Source: an uncultured delta proteobacterium
Lineage (GTDB): Bacteria > Desulfobacterota > Binatia > DP-6
Assembly (NCBI GenBank): GCA_963815115.1
Contig: CAWFFN010000005.1
Coordinates: forward strand, 32,001-96,000
Reading direction: 5' to 3'
DNA: 64,000 nucleotides
Part shown: piece by piece, positions 49,651-59,383 of the stretch
Numbering within the stretch: position 1 is the stretch's first letter
How the letters are laid out: each line of letters starts with the position of its first letter
Position numbers and translations under genes: made by a program
Notes under the pieces: model-generated
Told to the model about the DNA's origin: nothing
The model's database searches: none
The model's input: the letters and a program-made list of their open reading frames with translations, nothing else

Positions 49651-52098
49651 CTAGCCCCCGTCCTCGCCGCAGCCCGGCATCCGACGGACCTCGAGCGCAT
49701 CGACGTGGTTCAGATGCCCCACCGCGACGTAGTCTCCCTGCGCGGCGAGCGCGGCCGCGCCCGTCGTGCCGAGCGCCAGCAGCTTCGTCAGGTTCTCGCG
49801 CAGGAGCAGCTTTCCGGTCTGGTCCTGGATCGAGAGCCGTGCAGCCTGCGGCGAGAGCGTCGCGACCCATCCGTTCCCCACGGCGATCGGTGAGCAGTCG
49901 CCCAGCCGGACTCCCCAGCCAGGCGACACCACCGCCGGGAAGCGCCGCACGATCGTTCCCGAGCCGGTATCGAGGACCTGGATCTCCTGCTCGGCCGAGG
50001 CGAGGAAGAGCAGGTCCCCGCTGGCGGCGATCCCCGTCCATGCGCCTTCCGGCAGGGGCCACGGGGGCGCGGGAGCGGCGCTCAGCCGGCCGCTGAGAGC
50101 GTCGACGGCCCACCAGGTATCGCGCGCGAACGCGGCGCATGCGTGTCCGATGCTGTCGGGCAGTGCCGGCACCTGCGTGCGGGCGGCCAGAGCCCCCTTC
50201 CCGATGCGCGTCTCGCCGCCATGACGGTCGAGCAGCCGCACCACCGGTGCGCTGCCGTCCCGGGTGTCGACGCCCATCGCGACCGGCTCCTGGACCGTGA
50301 ACTTGTGCGGGCCCACGCTCACGAAGTCGTAGCTTCCGACGATCCAAACGGGGACGGCACCCTGCCCGGGCAGGCTGCCGAGAGAGAGCGCATCGTTGGC
50401 CTGATTGCTCGATCCCCTCTTCACCAGGTTCGCGCACCCCCGTGCGGCATCGAGGCTCAGGAACTGCTCGAGGGCGTTCCGTGTCTCGGGCCACCTCGAG
50501 CGCGGCGTCCGGATCTGGAGGGGAGGAACGCCTTCCTCCGCGGGCCGTTCCGCCGCGACCCCGAGCGGCGGTTCGGCCAGGCTGACCGGCGTTCCGCCCG
50601 CGGCCTGAAGTCGGTTGGCGAGCGCGAGCTCCCAGCGGGTAGGGTGCCTGAACTCCCAGACGATGGTCTCGGCATCGCCGGTCCGGATCTGCGCGTCGAG
50701 ATAGGTGAGCGGCGACTTGACGTCGGAGGCATACAGCCTGAGCACGCTCGGGAGCGAGGTCTCGCGGTCGATGTTGCGGAGCGCCGAGTACAGATCGATG
50801 AACCGCTCCGGCCTGCCGGCGCCGAGCGCTGCCAGCTTGCCGTACAGGCGAAGCCCCCCCGGCGCGGTCGGATTCTCGCGCTGCTCGTCGCTGTCCACGA
50901 GCACGACCGAGCTGCCGCCCGCGATCTCGTGCCCCCAGCGCCGGCCGTCGCGCGCGCATCCGAGGCACGTGATGCCGTCGCCGAAGCCGCTCTCGCCGAA
51001 GGGGATCTTCGTTCCGTGAGCCGGGGGCAGGGCGGCGTACAGCAGGCCCAGGCCGCCACCGGACCATGCGGCGAGCGCCAGGAGCGCACCAGCGAACACC
51101 GTGCGCCGCGCGCCGGGCGATATCTCGACGAGGGGACGCATGCGGGCGAGGACGACGCCGCCGTGCGCGGCGAGGGCGCACCATGCCAGGTCGAAGATCA
51201 GGAAGCGCCGCGCGGTACCCACGCTGAGGACCGGCAGGGCGAGACCGCCGAGCGCGAGCGCGATCCAGAGATACCAGGCTCTGAGCGCTCCGAGCCTGGC
51301 GAGGCCAACCAGTCCCAGGATGGCCACGGGCAGGAGGCACAAGCCTCCGTGCGCGAAACCCGGGTCCAGCGCCGTTCCGGGACCGGTTGCCGGCCAATGC
51401 CAGAGCGCGTTCAGGTCGTCCGCTCGCCCGGTCCAGAAGTACGTTCGAATCGTCGGGACCAGCTGCCGTTGCAGGTTGTCGGAGATACCGCGGAGCATCC
51501 CTTCGGAGCGGTTGCCGACGTAGCCGCTATACCGCGGCCAGAGCGATGCGAGCGTCGGCGTTCCGGCGGCGAAGACGGCGGCGATGGCGAACCCCGATCC
51601 CAGGCACAGTGGAAGCACCACCCACTGGCGGCGCGCGGATCCCGCCGCGCGCATCCCCGCGAGCAGCGCCAGGAGCGAGAGCGGAATCGCGACCCGCGCG
51701 GTGTAGTAGTCATAGACCGACGTCCACGCGACCACACCGGCGAGGAGCGCCAGCGCGATGCTCCTGCGCGAGCCGGCGCGATGGGCGAGCCAGAGGACGA
51801 GGAGCGTGTGGGGAACCGCCGCGATCTGCAGCCCGCCGAGGCGTGCCCACGTGATCTGCAACGGGGAGACGGCGACCAGTCCCGCGAACGCGAGGCCGAA
51901 CGCCGGCGACACGACCGCCCGCCCGACGAGCCAGGCCAGCACGACGGCGAGGATCCCGCACAGGCTCCCGATGTACTGCGGCAGCTCGAGCGACGGTCCC
52001 AGGGTGGCGACGGCGAGCGCGTTCACCGGCACCATGACGGCGGATTCCTGAGGCCAGGTCACCTGCGTCGAGGAGAGCACGATTTTCCAGCGGTCCAC
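49651..52098 (-). CDS. Membrane glycosyltransferase-like (GT39/ArnT-type) protein with an extracytoplasmic beta-rich C-terminus
   Basis: Many TM helices, AVSPLQITWAR, YYTAR, RRFLI. Confidence 0.65.
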   Translation of the reverse strand: MDRWKIVLSSTQVTWPQESAVMVPVNALAVATLGPSLELPQYIGSLCGILAVVLAWLVGRAVVSPAFGLAFAGLVAVSPLQITWARLGGLQIAAVPHTLLVLWLAHRAGSRRSIALALLAGVVAWTSVYDYYTARVAIPLSLLALLAGMRAAGSARRQWVVLPLCLGSGFAIAAVFAAGTPTLASLWPRYSGYVGNRSEGMLRGISDNLQRQLVPTIRTYFWTGRADDLNALWHWPATGPGTALDPGFAHGGLCLLPVAILGLVGLARLGALRAWYLWIALALGGLALPVLSVGTARRFLIFDLAWCALAAHGGVVLARMRPLVEISPGARRTVFAGALLALAAWSGGGLGLLYAALPPAHGTKIPFGESGFGDGITCLGCARDGRRWGHEIAGGSSVVLVDSDEQRENPTAPGGLRLYGKLAALGAGRPERFIDLYSALRNIDRETSLPSVLRLYASDVKSPLTYLDAQIRTGDAETIVWEFRHPTRWELALANRLQAAGGTPVSLAEPPLGVAAERPAEEGVPPLQIRTPRSRWPETRNALEQFLSLDAARGCANLVKRGSSNQANDALSLGSLPGQGAVPVWIVGSYDFVSVGPHKFTVQEPVAMGVDTRDGSAPVVRLLDRHGGETRIGKGALAARTQVPALPDSIGHACAAFARDTWWAVDALSGRLSAAPAPPWPLPEGAWTGIAASGDLLFLASAEQEIQVLDTGSGTIVRRFPAVVSPGWGVRLGDCSPIAVGNGWVATLSPQAARLSIQDQTGKLLLRENLTKLLALGTTGAAALAAQGDYVAVGHLNHVDALEVRRMPGCGEDGG

Positions 52099-52249
52099 AG
52101 GTCGCCCTTCGCCCCGAGCACGGTGAGACCCCGCTCTGCGCGGCCCGAGAGCTCGAGCCAGCGCAACGCGGCGACCGGGACAGTCGGCTGCACGTCGTGC
52201 CTGTGCGCACCGGCGCCGAATGCTGTCAACAAAGGAGCGGAACGTTCAT

Positions 52250-52520
52250 CCTCGCGCACGGCGCGCCACCGCGAGCGGGCTCGCTCCGACCGGCAGCGGT
52301 ACACGCCCACCAGGTGACTCTCCGCGCCGAACGCCGCGGCGAGCAACCGGTTGGTGAAGCCGGGGCGCCTGTCCTCGAAGTCGCTTCGCACGGGCCCGTG
52401 CGGCGGCCAGAGACGACGTGCCCAGCGGACGGCGGCGATGGGCGGGAAGAGGAGACTGTTGAAATAGGTTACGCCGGCGGGGGACAGCGCGGCGCGCGCG
52501 AACGCATTGCACAGCGTCGC
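52250..52520 (-). pseudogene. Class I SAM methyltransferase C-terminal remnant
   Basis: TYFNSLLFPPIAAVR..NRLL...FGAE..LPVGAS. Confidence 0.55.
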
Positions 52521-52534
52521 GCGGGTGTGGCGCC

Positions 52535-52830
52535 GGCGATGCCTTCGCGGGTGATCTGCCGGACGTCGAGGTAGACGGGCGGCGCCGCGAGACGGCGGTT
52601 CAGCCGGCACTCGTCCTCGCACCGGGCACGCCGACGCTTGGCTGCCCGCGCGTCCAGGAACGGAAAGTGTACGGGCTTCTTGAGCTTGTAGACGTACGGA
52701 CCGGCCAGGAAGACGTGCGAGATGTGGGTCCGCAGGTGTTCCACGCTCGCCGGATGATCGGGATAGAAGGCGGGATCGGCGAAGGCGCGGACGACCTCCG
52801 ACTGCGGGTCGGTGGTCGCCTCCTCCGGAT
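52535..52830 (-). pseudogene. Aminoglycoside phosphotransferase/AAA kinase (Rv2004c-like) N-terminal remnant
   Basis: THISHVFLAGPYVYKLKKPV.FPFLD..CEDE.RLNRRLA..VYL. Confidence 0.8.
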
Positions 52831-52857
52831 CCGCTCGATCCCTTCCGGAGTTACCCT

Positions 52858-53265
52858 TCACTTGACGAGAAGCACCGGACAGGCGCACGTGAGCGCGACC
52901 TTGAAGCTCGTCGTGGCGAGCCCCTGGCCCGGCTTTGGCCCGAGCGGATGTGACCCGAGCACGACGAGGTCAGCCCGCCGTGCGGTCGCAAAGCGGAGAA
53001 TCTCCCGCGCGGGATCGCCGATCGTAACGGCGTGCCCCACCCGCAGGCCGGATGCGACGAGCGACGCTACCGCACGTTCGACGACGCCCTCGGCCCGCTG
53101 GCGCAGGCGCGCGTAGAAGGGACGGAGCTCCGCCGCAGGGAGGCCGGGCACACGCTGGATCACGTGGAGCACCGTCACGCGTTTGGTGGGCAGCGTCTCA
53201 ACGATCCGGAGGCAGCGGGTGCTACGCTCGCTCAGATCGATGGGGATGAGGACGTGTGCGAACAT
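52858..53265 (-). CDS. Universal stress protein
   Basis: FAHVLIPIDLS..GDPAREIL..ADLVVLGSH..CPVLLVK. Confidence 0.9.
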   Translation of the reverse strand: MFAHVLIPIDLSERSTRCLRIVETLPTKRVTVLHVIQRVPGLPAAELRPFYARLRQRAEGVVERAVASLVASGLRVGHAVTIGDPAREILRFATARRADLVVLGSHPLGPKPGQGLATTSFKVALTCACPVLLVK

Positions 53266-53388
53266 GGAATCAGTGCGTACCCACTCGCGCACCAGCGACG
53301 AGGCCCTGCATCACGACGAGGATAGTTCCGGGCGTTTCCGGATATGCACGAGTCGGCGCTCTCCGGCAGCGCCGGCCAGCGAGTGTGC

Positions 53389-53843
53389 TCACTGCTGCAG
53401 CTCGGGGAGCCCGGCCTTCGTCTCCGCGACGCCGAGGACGCGTGCCAGGTGACGAAGGCAGTCGGTCTCGCTGACCCAGACCCACGAGCTTTCCGTGTTC
53501 GACGACCGGCAGGCAGCCGATCCGGTGCCGAAGCATGAGCTCGACCGCCGTGTGGATCGTATCGTCAGGTGCCGTCGTGATGACGTTCGCCGACATAACG
53601 GCCCGCACGGGGACGCTGGCGAGCCACTCTCGCTCGGCCGACCGCTGGAGCTGCAGCATGGACGACACGGCCGCGCGATAGAGGTCGCGTTGCGACACGA
53701 TGCCCACCACGACGCCGGCGGAGAGCACCGGCAGGTGACGGATCCGACCCAGCTGCATGATGTCCTCGGCGAGCCCAAGGTTGTCGCTGGCTCTTGGCTC
53801 TGAGCGTCACCACTTCCCGTTGCATGAGATCACGAATGAGCAT
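53389..53843 (-). pseudogene. CBS domain protein, frameshifted
   Basis: MLIRDLMQREVVTL, IRHLPV..GIVSQRD, RIGCLPVV and SETD lie in different frames. Confidence 0.85.
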
Positions 53844-53975
53844 GGGAATCGGTGTTCCAAAGTGCGTGCCAGGCCGAAGCCCCTTCTGGATCGTACGCCT
53901 GCGTCGCGTGCTTTCCCATACATGAGAATGTCTGGCGTCGGGCCATAACCCCGCCATCTTATGAAGGAGAGGGAC

Positions 53976-55115
53976 ATGCATCGGGTGGCGATCCAGGCGT
54001 TGTGGCTCGATGGGCTGGCGCTCATTCTAGCGGCGACGACCGCCGTGGCAGGCACGCCGGGTCGGCTCCCGGTGGAGAGGCCAATCGTGATCGGACATCG
54101 GGGCGCGAGCGGTTACGTGCCCGAGCACACGCTGGCGTCGTACTTCATCGCGATCCAGCAGGGCGCGGACTTCGTCGAGCCAGACCTCGTGAGCACGAAG
54201 GACGGGGTCCTGGTCGCGCGCCACGAGCCCGAGATCGGCGGCACCACCGACGTCGCCGATCACCCGGAGTTCGCGAATCGCAAGACGACGAAGACGATCG
54301 ATGGCGTGAGCATCACGGGCTGGTTCACGACCGATTTCGCGCTGGCCGAGCTCAAGACGCTGCGCGCCAGGGAGCGCATCCCCCAGAACCGTCCGGCTAA
54401 CACGCGCTTCAACGGGCAGTTCGAGATCCCCACCTTCGAGGAAGTCCTCGATCTCGTGGATTCGGCTAACCGGGCGCGTGCGCGACGCGCGCTCGCGAGC
54501 GGATGGCGCCTACCCGAGCCAATCGGCGTCTACCCCGAGACGAAGCATCCGACGTTCTTCAACGGTCTCGGTCTCTCTCTGGAAGGGCCGCTGCTCCGCT
54601 CGCTGCGCCGCCACGGCTACTCCGGCAAGGACGCGCCCGTGTTCATCCAGTCGCTCGAGACCGCCAATCTGCGCGAGCTCCGCAAGAAGACGCGGCTTCC
54701 GCTGATCCAGCTGCTCGAGGCCACCGGGAAGCCCTTCGACTTCGTGATCGCCAACGATCCACGCACCTATGCCGATCTCGCCTCCGGTCCGGGGCTGGCG
54801 TGGATCTCGCGCTACGCGGACGGCGTCGGCCCGAACAAGAACCTGGTGATCTCGCGCAATGCCGATGACACGCTCGGTGCCCCGTCGAACCTGGTGCGCA
54901 ATGCACACAAGGTCGGGCTGCGCGTCCACATCTTCACGATCCGCGCCGAGAACCCGTTCCTTCCGGCGGAGTTCCGCAACGGCTCGGGTCCTACGGTGTT
55001 CGGAAATGTCGCTGGCGAGCTCGCGCGCTTCTTTCAGGTCGGAATCGACGGCTTCTTCACGGATCAACCGATCCTCGGTGTGCAGGCGCGCGACGCGTTG
55101 GTCGGAGCGCGCTGA
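53976..55115 (+). CDS. glpQ: Glycerophosphodiester phosphodiesterase, exported
   Basis: IGHRGASGYVPEHTL, EPDLVSTKDG..ARHE, YPETKHP, GIDGFFTD; signal peptide. Confidence 0.93.
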   Translation: MHRVAIQALWLDGLALILAATTAVAGTPGRLPVERPIVIGHRGASGYVPEHTLASYFIAIQQGADFVEPDLVSTKDGVLVARHEPEIGGTTDVADHPEFANRKTTKTIDGVSITGWFTTDFALAELKTLRARERIPQNRPANTRFNGQFEIPTFEEVLDLVDSANRARARRALASGWRLPEPIGVYPETKHPTFFNGLGLSLEGPLLRSLRRHGYSGKDAPVFIQSLETANLRELRKKTRLPLIQLLEATGKPFDFVIANDPRTYADLASGPGLAWISRYADGVGPNKNLVISRNADDTLGAPSNLVRNAHKVGLRVHIFTIRAENPFLPAEFRNGSGPTVFGNVAGELARFFQVGIDGFFTDQPILGVQARDALVGAR

Positions 55116-55379
55116 GCAAGGGATGCACGCCGTCGCGGGTCCACGAGAGGTCGAGCACGCTCCGCGCGGCCGGGGTGGTGGGAGTCACAGTCTAGTGGCC
55201 AGCACCGTTGTGAGCGGCGGCGGATTCCTTGCCGCCCTCGACCCGATGCCCCTTCAGGCTGATGTTGGCAGAAGAGTTACGCTTCTGCTTGCCGCGACGG
55301 GAGAGGGCGCGATACGCATACGCTATCATGGAGAAGCGTAACTCAGGCCGCCGAACGAGACCTACTCCGGGACGGCCCC

Positions 55380-55703
55380 GTGGAGGGTGCCTCGCGAGGG
55401 CGTCGGCGCCGCCCGGCCAATAGGGGCCAACGCTATCCCGCCGAGATTCTCACCGCCGACGAGGTGCGCTCGCTCATCACGGCGTGCTCGAATCGCGCGC
55501 CGACCGGCATCCGCAATCGCGCGCTGCTCGTGCTGCTCCACCGCGCCGGGTGCCGCATCAGCGAGGCGTTGCGCTTACACCCGAAAGATCTGGATCGCGG
55601 CACGGGCACCGTCACCGTGCTCCGAGGCAAGGGCGGCACGCGTCGCACGATCGGCCTCGACCCAGGCGCCTTTGCGGTCGTGGAGCGGTGGCTCGACGTG
55701 TGG
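55380..55703 (+). pseudogene. Tyrosine recombinase, truncated by an IS3-family insertion
   Basis: RNRALL..AGCRISEAL.L..KD..RGKGG..R; ends at the IS terminus. Confidence 0.85.
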
Positions 55704-56785
55704 TGTTGCCCCGTCTGGGTAGACACCTGCGTTAAGCCGCTGCGCGGCGATCCCAGTACCGCTTCTCGTAGGCGACCGGATTCTGCATGTCGATGGCCGA
55801 GTGCCGGCGCTGGCGGTTGTAGACGGCTTCGAGCCAGTGCACGGTCGCCGTCCGTGCCCGCGCGCGCGTCGGCCAGGTGGCCGGCTCGATCAGCTCGAGC
55901 TTGTACGTCGCGAAGAACGACTCGGCCAGCGCACTGTCCCAGCACACGCCCGTTCGCCCCATCGACTGCAGTACCCCGTGCGCGGCGCAGAGGTCGCGGA
56001 ACTCGGCCGACGTGTATTGGCAGCCTCTGTCCGAGTGGAAGATCACGCCCGCAACGGATCTGCCGCGCGTGGCGACGGCCATCCGGAGCGCGGCGCAGAC
56101 GAGCGACGCCCGCAGATGATCGGCGATGGCCCAGCCGATCACGCGGCGCGAGAATACGTCGAGCACCGTCGCCAGGTACAGCCAGCCCGCCCACGTGCGG
56201 ACGTAGGTGAGGTCCCCGACCCACAGCACGTCGGGCGCGGCCGCCATGAACTGCCCGTGCACTCGATCGGGGATCGCGGGCGGTGTCGGCTCCGGGGTCG
56301 TCGTTCGCACCCAGCGCGGCGGGCGCCGGCCGCGCAGCCCGGCCGCGGCCATCAAGCGCGCGACGCGCTTGCGGCCGACGTCGTAGCCCTGCGCGCGCAA
56401 CTCGGCCAGCACGCGCGGCACGCCATACTGGCCGCGGGACGCGGCGTGGATCGCGCGGATCGCGGCCAGCAGCGCTGCGTCCGCCGCCTGACGCGGCGAC
56501 CCGCGCCCCTCCTGCCACTGGTAGTAGGCGGCGCGGGAGACCTGCGCCATCCGGCACAACCGCGTCACCGGATACCGATCCTTCTCCGCCTCGACGAACC
56601 GATATCGGCTCATCGGGTCTCCATCGCGAAGAAAGGCCGCCCGCTTCAGAATGTCGCGCTCCTCGCGCAGGACCTTGTTCTCCCGCCGCAACCGCCGCAG
56701 CTCCTCGCGCTCTTCGGTCGTCAACCCGTCGCGCTCGCCCGCGTCCACGGCCGCTTGCCCGACCCAGCGCCGGACCGCCCTCGCC
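55704..56785 (-). mobile_element. IS3-family element: intact orfB (55732-56613), 5'-truncated orfA, one terminal IR
   Basis: DDE motifs WVGDLTY, HSDRGCQY and AESFF; orfA tail ELRRLRRENKVLREERDILKRAA; end TGTTGCCCCGTCTGGGTAGACAC. Confidence 0.92.
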
Positions 56786-57109
56786 GTACCCTGGGCCGTC
56801 GCAGGTACGGCCGGAGGCGATGCCTGCGCACCCCGTCCCTGCGGGGGACGGCCGTGTCCCGCGCTACCGTCGGCTCTGGCGGACTTGCAGTGCGCGGCGT
56901 CGGCCGACTTCACCATCGAGATCGAGAACCGCAGCAGCGTTTTGGTCACCGCGATGCTTGATGGTGAGCTGGCGGACCCCTCGGCAACTTGCGCGAGCGC
57001 GGACGCGGACTCGGCGCCCTACGGGCAGCCACCCGGGACAGTCTCACTCCAGTGTGATCCCGAGACTACCTGCCTTCTCACGATCCCGTCGCGCCGCCCC
57101 GGCACCGAG

Positions 57110-57776
57110 AGAAGATCGCGTTCCTGACCAGGGACGAGCTGGTGAAGGTCCTGGACGCCTGCCAGGAGCACTTCCCGGCCTACTTCCCTTTCGTCCTGTG
57201 CCTGGCCCGCACCGGGATGCGCATTGGTGAGGCCGTGGCGCTCCAGTGGGGAGACATCGACTTCAACGGCCGGTTCGCCGACGTCCACCGGGCGATCAAC
57301 GACGGCAAGGTCTCCACGCCGAAGAGCGGGAAGAGCCGCCGCGTAGATGTCTCACGCCAGCTCACGAAGGTCCTCAAGGCACACCTCGCCTCGCAGAAGG
57401 CCGAGACACTGAGGAAGGGCTGGAAGCAGGTGCCAGGTTGGGTGTTCACGAACGAGGTCGGTAACCCACTCCATCCCGACAACTTCCGCAACCGCGTCTG
57501 GCCGAAGCTGCTCGCGAAGGCCGGGCTGCGGAAGATCCGCATCCACGACCTCCGCCACACGTATGCGAGCTTGCTCATCGCCCAGGGCGAGAGAGCCTCG
57601 CTTACGTGAAGGATCAGATGGGACACCACAGCATCCGCGTGACCGTGGATACCTACGGTCATCTGGTGCCGGGCGGCAACAAGGCGGCGGTGGACCGTCT
57701 CGACGACGCTCCCGCCGCAACGATCCGCAACCTATCCGCAACCTCCGAGGTCGCGGCTGAGCTGGGAGCACGCTAA
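57110..57776 (+). pseudogene. Phage-type integrase catalytic domain, 5'-truncated and frameshifted
   Basis: TGMRIGE..LQWGD, PKSG, HDLRHTYAS, then MGH.SI..T.DTYGH in a shifted frame. Confidence 0.9.
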
Positions 57777-57793
57777 GCGTGCAGAATCGTGAG

Positions 57794-57837
57794 TGGAGCC
57801 GAGGGGAGTCGAACCCCCGACCTCTAGAGTGCGATTC
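57794..57837 (-). tRNA. 3' half of tRNA-Ala(CGC): att-site fragment, not a full tRNA
   Basis: GAAT-CGC-ACTCTAGAGGTCGGGGGTTCGACTCCCCTCGGCTCCA gives anticodon loop, T-arm and CCA; no D-arm or 5' acceptor strand upstream. Confidence 0.85.
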
Positions 57838-57997
57838 ACTTTCCAGGCGTTACCCACGCCATCGCATCCCATCGCATGCGTGAAAAACCGCGGACTTCCG
57901 GGCGGTCTCTGACGCACCCGATGGCCACGAAGGGGACCCGTGTACGGACACCCCACGGACACCCTTGGATGAGCTAGTGTCCTAGTGGCAGCGTCTA

Positions 57998-58180
57998 CTA
58001 GGTGCACCGCTCGATCCACTCGTGCCCGCACGGGCAGTGACGATGGAAGTGGTCGCCGTGCGCGCGAGCGCAGTCGCGGTCGAAGTGCACGCGGATGGGC
58101 CCGCGGCGGGTGCAGCGTGGGCACGCGCCGGACTGGTTGCTGAACGGCGGGAGGTCGGCTTCCTCGACGGAGGTCGTCAT
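57998..58180 (-). CDS. Small Cys/His-rich (zinc-ribbon-like) hypothetical protein
   Basis: CPRC...HFHRHCPCGHEW in 60 aa. Confidence 0.5.
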   Translation of the reverse strand: MTTSVEEADLPPFSNQSGACPRCTRRGPIRVHFDRDCARAHGDHFHRHCPCGHEWIERCT

Positions 58181-58526
58181 GGGGCGCCTGTCTACCACCC
58201 GGACGCCGTTGAGGTCGCCGATGCCCTGCTACTGGGAGCAACGCCCGCTGGCCTTGCAGAGGCGGACCGCGCTTGGACAGTGTAGACGCCCGCTCGGCCG
58301 CCTGGATCGATATTCAGAAGGCGCACGCTACGCCGCCGGCAAGCCCAGGCCGCGTTCCCGGCGGGTAAGACCTGCCGCGTCGTCGAGATCACAGACCGAC
58401 AGTCGCCGGCCGCTCCCGACCTCACTTCGCGGCCCCGGTCGTCCGTCGCGCGCGCTTGGCTTGCGCGAAATCTGGCCCGCCGCCTCGGGTCGGGTTTATG
58501 CTCGAGCGCCTATGAGCCAACGAGCT

Positions 58527-58958
58527 CTAGGGACCGAGTTCGTGCAGCCATGTGCGAAGGCGAGCGTCTATCTCGTCACGCACCCGTCGGAACTTCGCGA
58601 GCTGAATCTCGGGTGAGCCCTCGACCCGTGTCGGGTCGTCGAACGGCCAGGTGAGCGTCCGCAGTGTGAACGGGAACACACGAGGACAGCTCTTCTCGGC
58701 CTCTGCACACACGATGATGGCGTAGCGCACTGCTACCTTGCCGAGGAACTCTTTCATGCCTTTCGCGGAAAGGCCGCTCGGGTCGATGTTGACTTCGGCG
58801 AGCACTTGGCGCGTGAGCGGATGAATCTCCGTCGGCTCGACGCCGGCGCTCGCCACCTCAAACCGATGCCCTGCGTGCCTGCGAAGGAGAGCCTCCGCCA
58901 TTTGGCTTCGGGCAGCGTTGTGCGTGCAGACGAATAATACGAGGGGCTTCTCGCTCAT
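58527..58958 (-). CDS. arsC: Arsenate reductase, LMW-PTP/thioredoxin type
   Basis: [37 protein letters not shown]. Confidence 0.92.
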   Translation of the reverse strand: MSEKPLVLFVCTHNAARSQMAEALLRRHAGHRFEVASAGVEPTEIHPLTRQVLAEVNIDPSGLSAKGMKEFLGKVAVRYAIIVCAEAEKSCPRVFPFTLRTLTWPFDDPTRVEGSPEIQLAKFRRVRDEIDARLRTWLHELGP

Positions 58959-59383
58959 GGCGACCCTCCGCGCTGCCAACCACGCGCTCTTACCAACTCG
59001 TCGACCCGTCCGCGCACCGCGTCTCGGATTGACCGCACCTGCTCAAGCGACTGACCCTTCGGGTCGAGCAGCCTCCAGTCCTCACGCTGAACGCCCGGCA
59101 CGAACGGGCATGCTTCCCCGCAGCCCATCGTCACGAGGAGCTGGGCCTGGCGTGCGAGTTCATCCGTGAGGTGAGTCGGTATCGCGTGCGACAAGTCGAA
59201 CCCGACCTCCCGCATGACCTCGACCACCTCTGGATGCACCTGCTTCCCGGGCTCCGTGCCTGCTGACACGGCCGTAGCCTTCGCCGGGTCGGCAGCGGCG
59301 TTGAAAAATGCCGCCGCCATCTGTGAACGGCCGGCGTTATGCACGCAGGCAAAGAGGACCGTCTCCGTAGCGGTAGGTTCCAT
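58955..59383 (-). CDS. arsC: Second arsenate reductase, LMW-PTP type
   Basis: [25 protein letters not shown]. Confidence 0.92.
   Translation of the reverse strand: MEPTATETVLFACVHNAGRSQMAAAFFNAAADPAKATAVSAGTEPGKQVHPEVVEVMREVGFDLSHAIPTHLTDELARQAQLLVTMGCGEACPFVPGVQREDWRLLDPKGQSLEQVRSIRDAVRGRVDELVRARGWQRGGSP

Noticed and set aside
55732-56949. 405-aa transposase as a single ORF
   Set aside because: The N-terminal part is unrelated sequence read into truncated orfA. True orfB starts at 56613.
57794-57870. Complete tRNA gene
   Set aside because: Only the anticodon loop to CCA is present; there is no D-arm or 5' acceptor strand.
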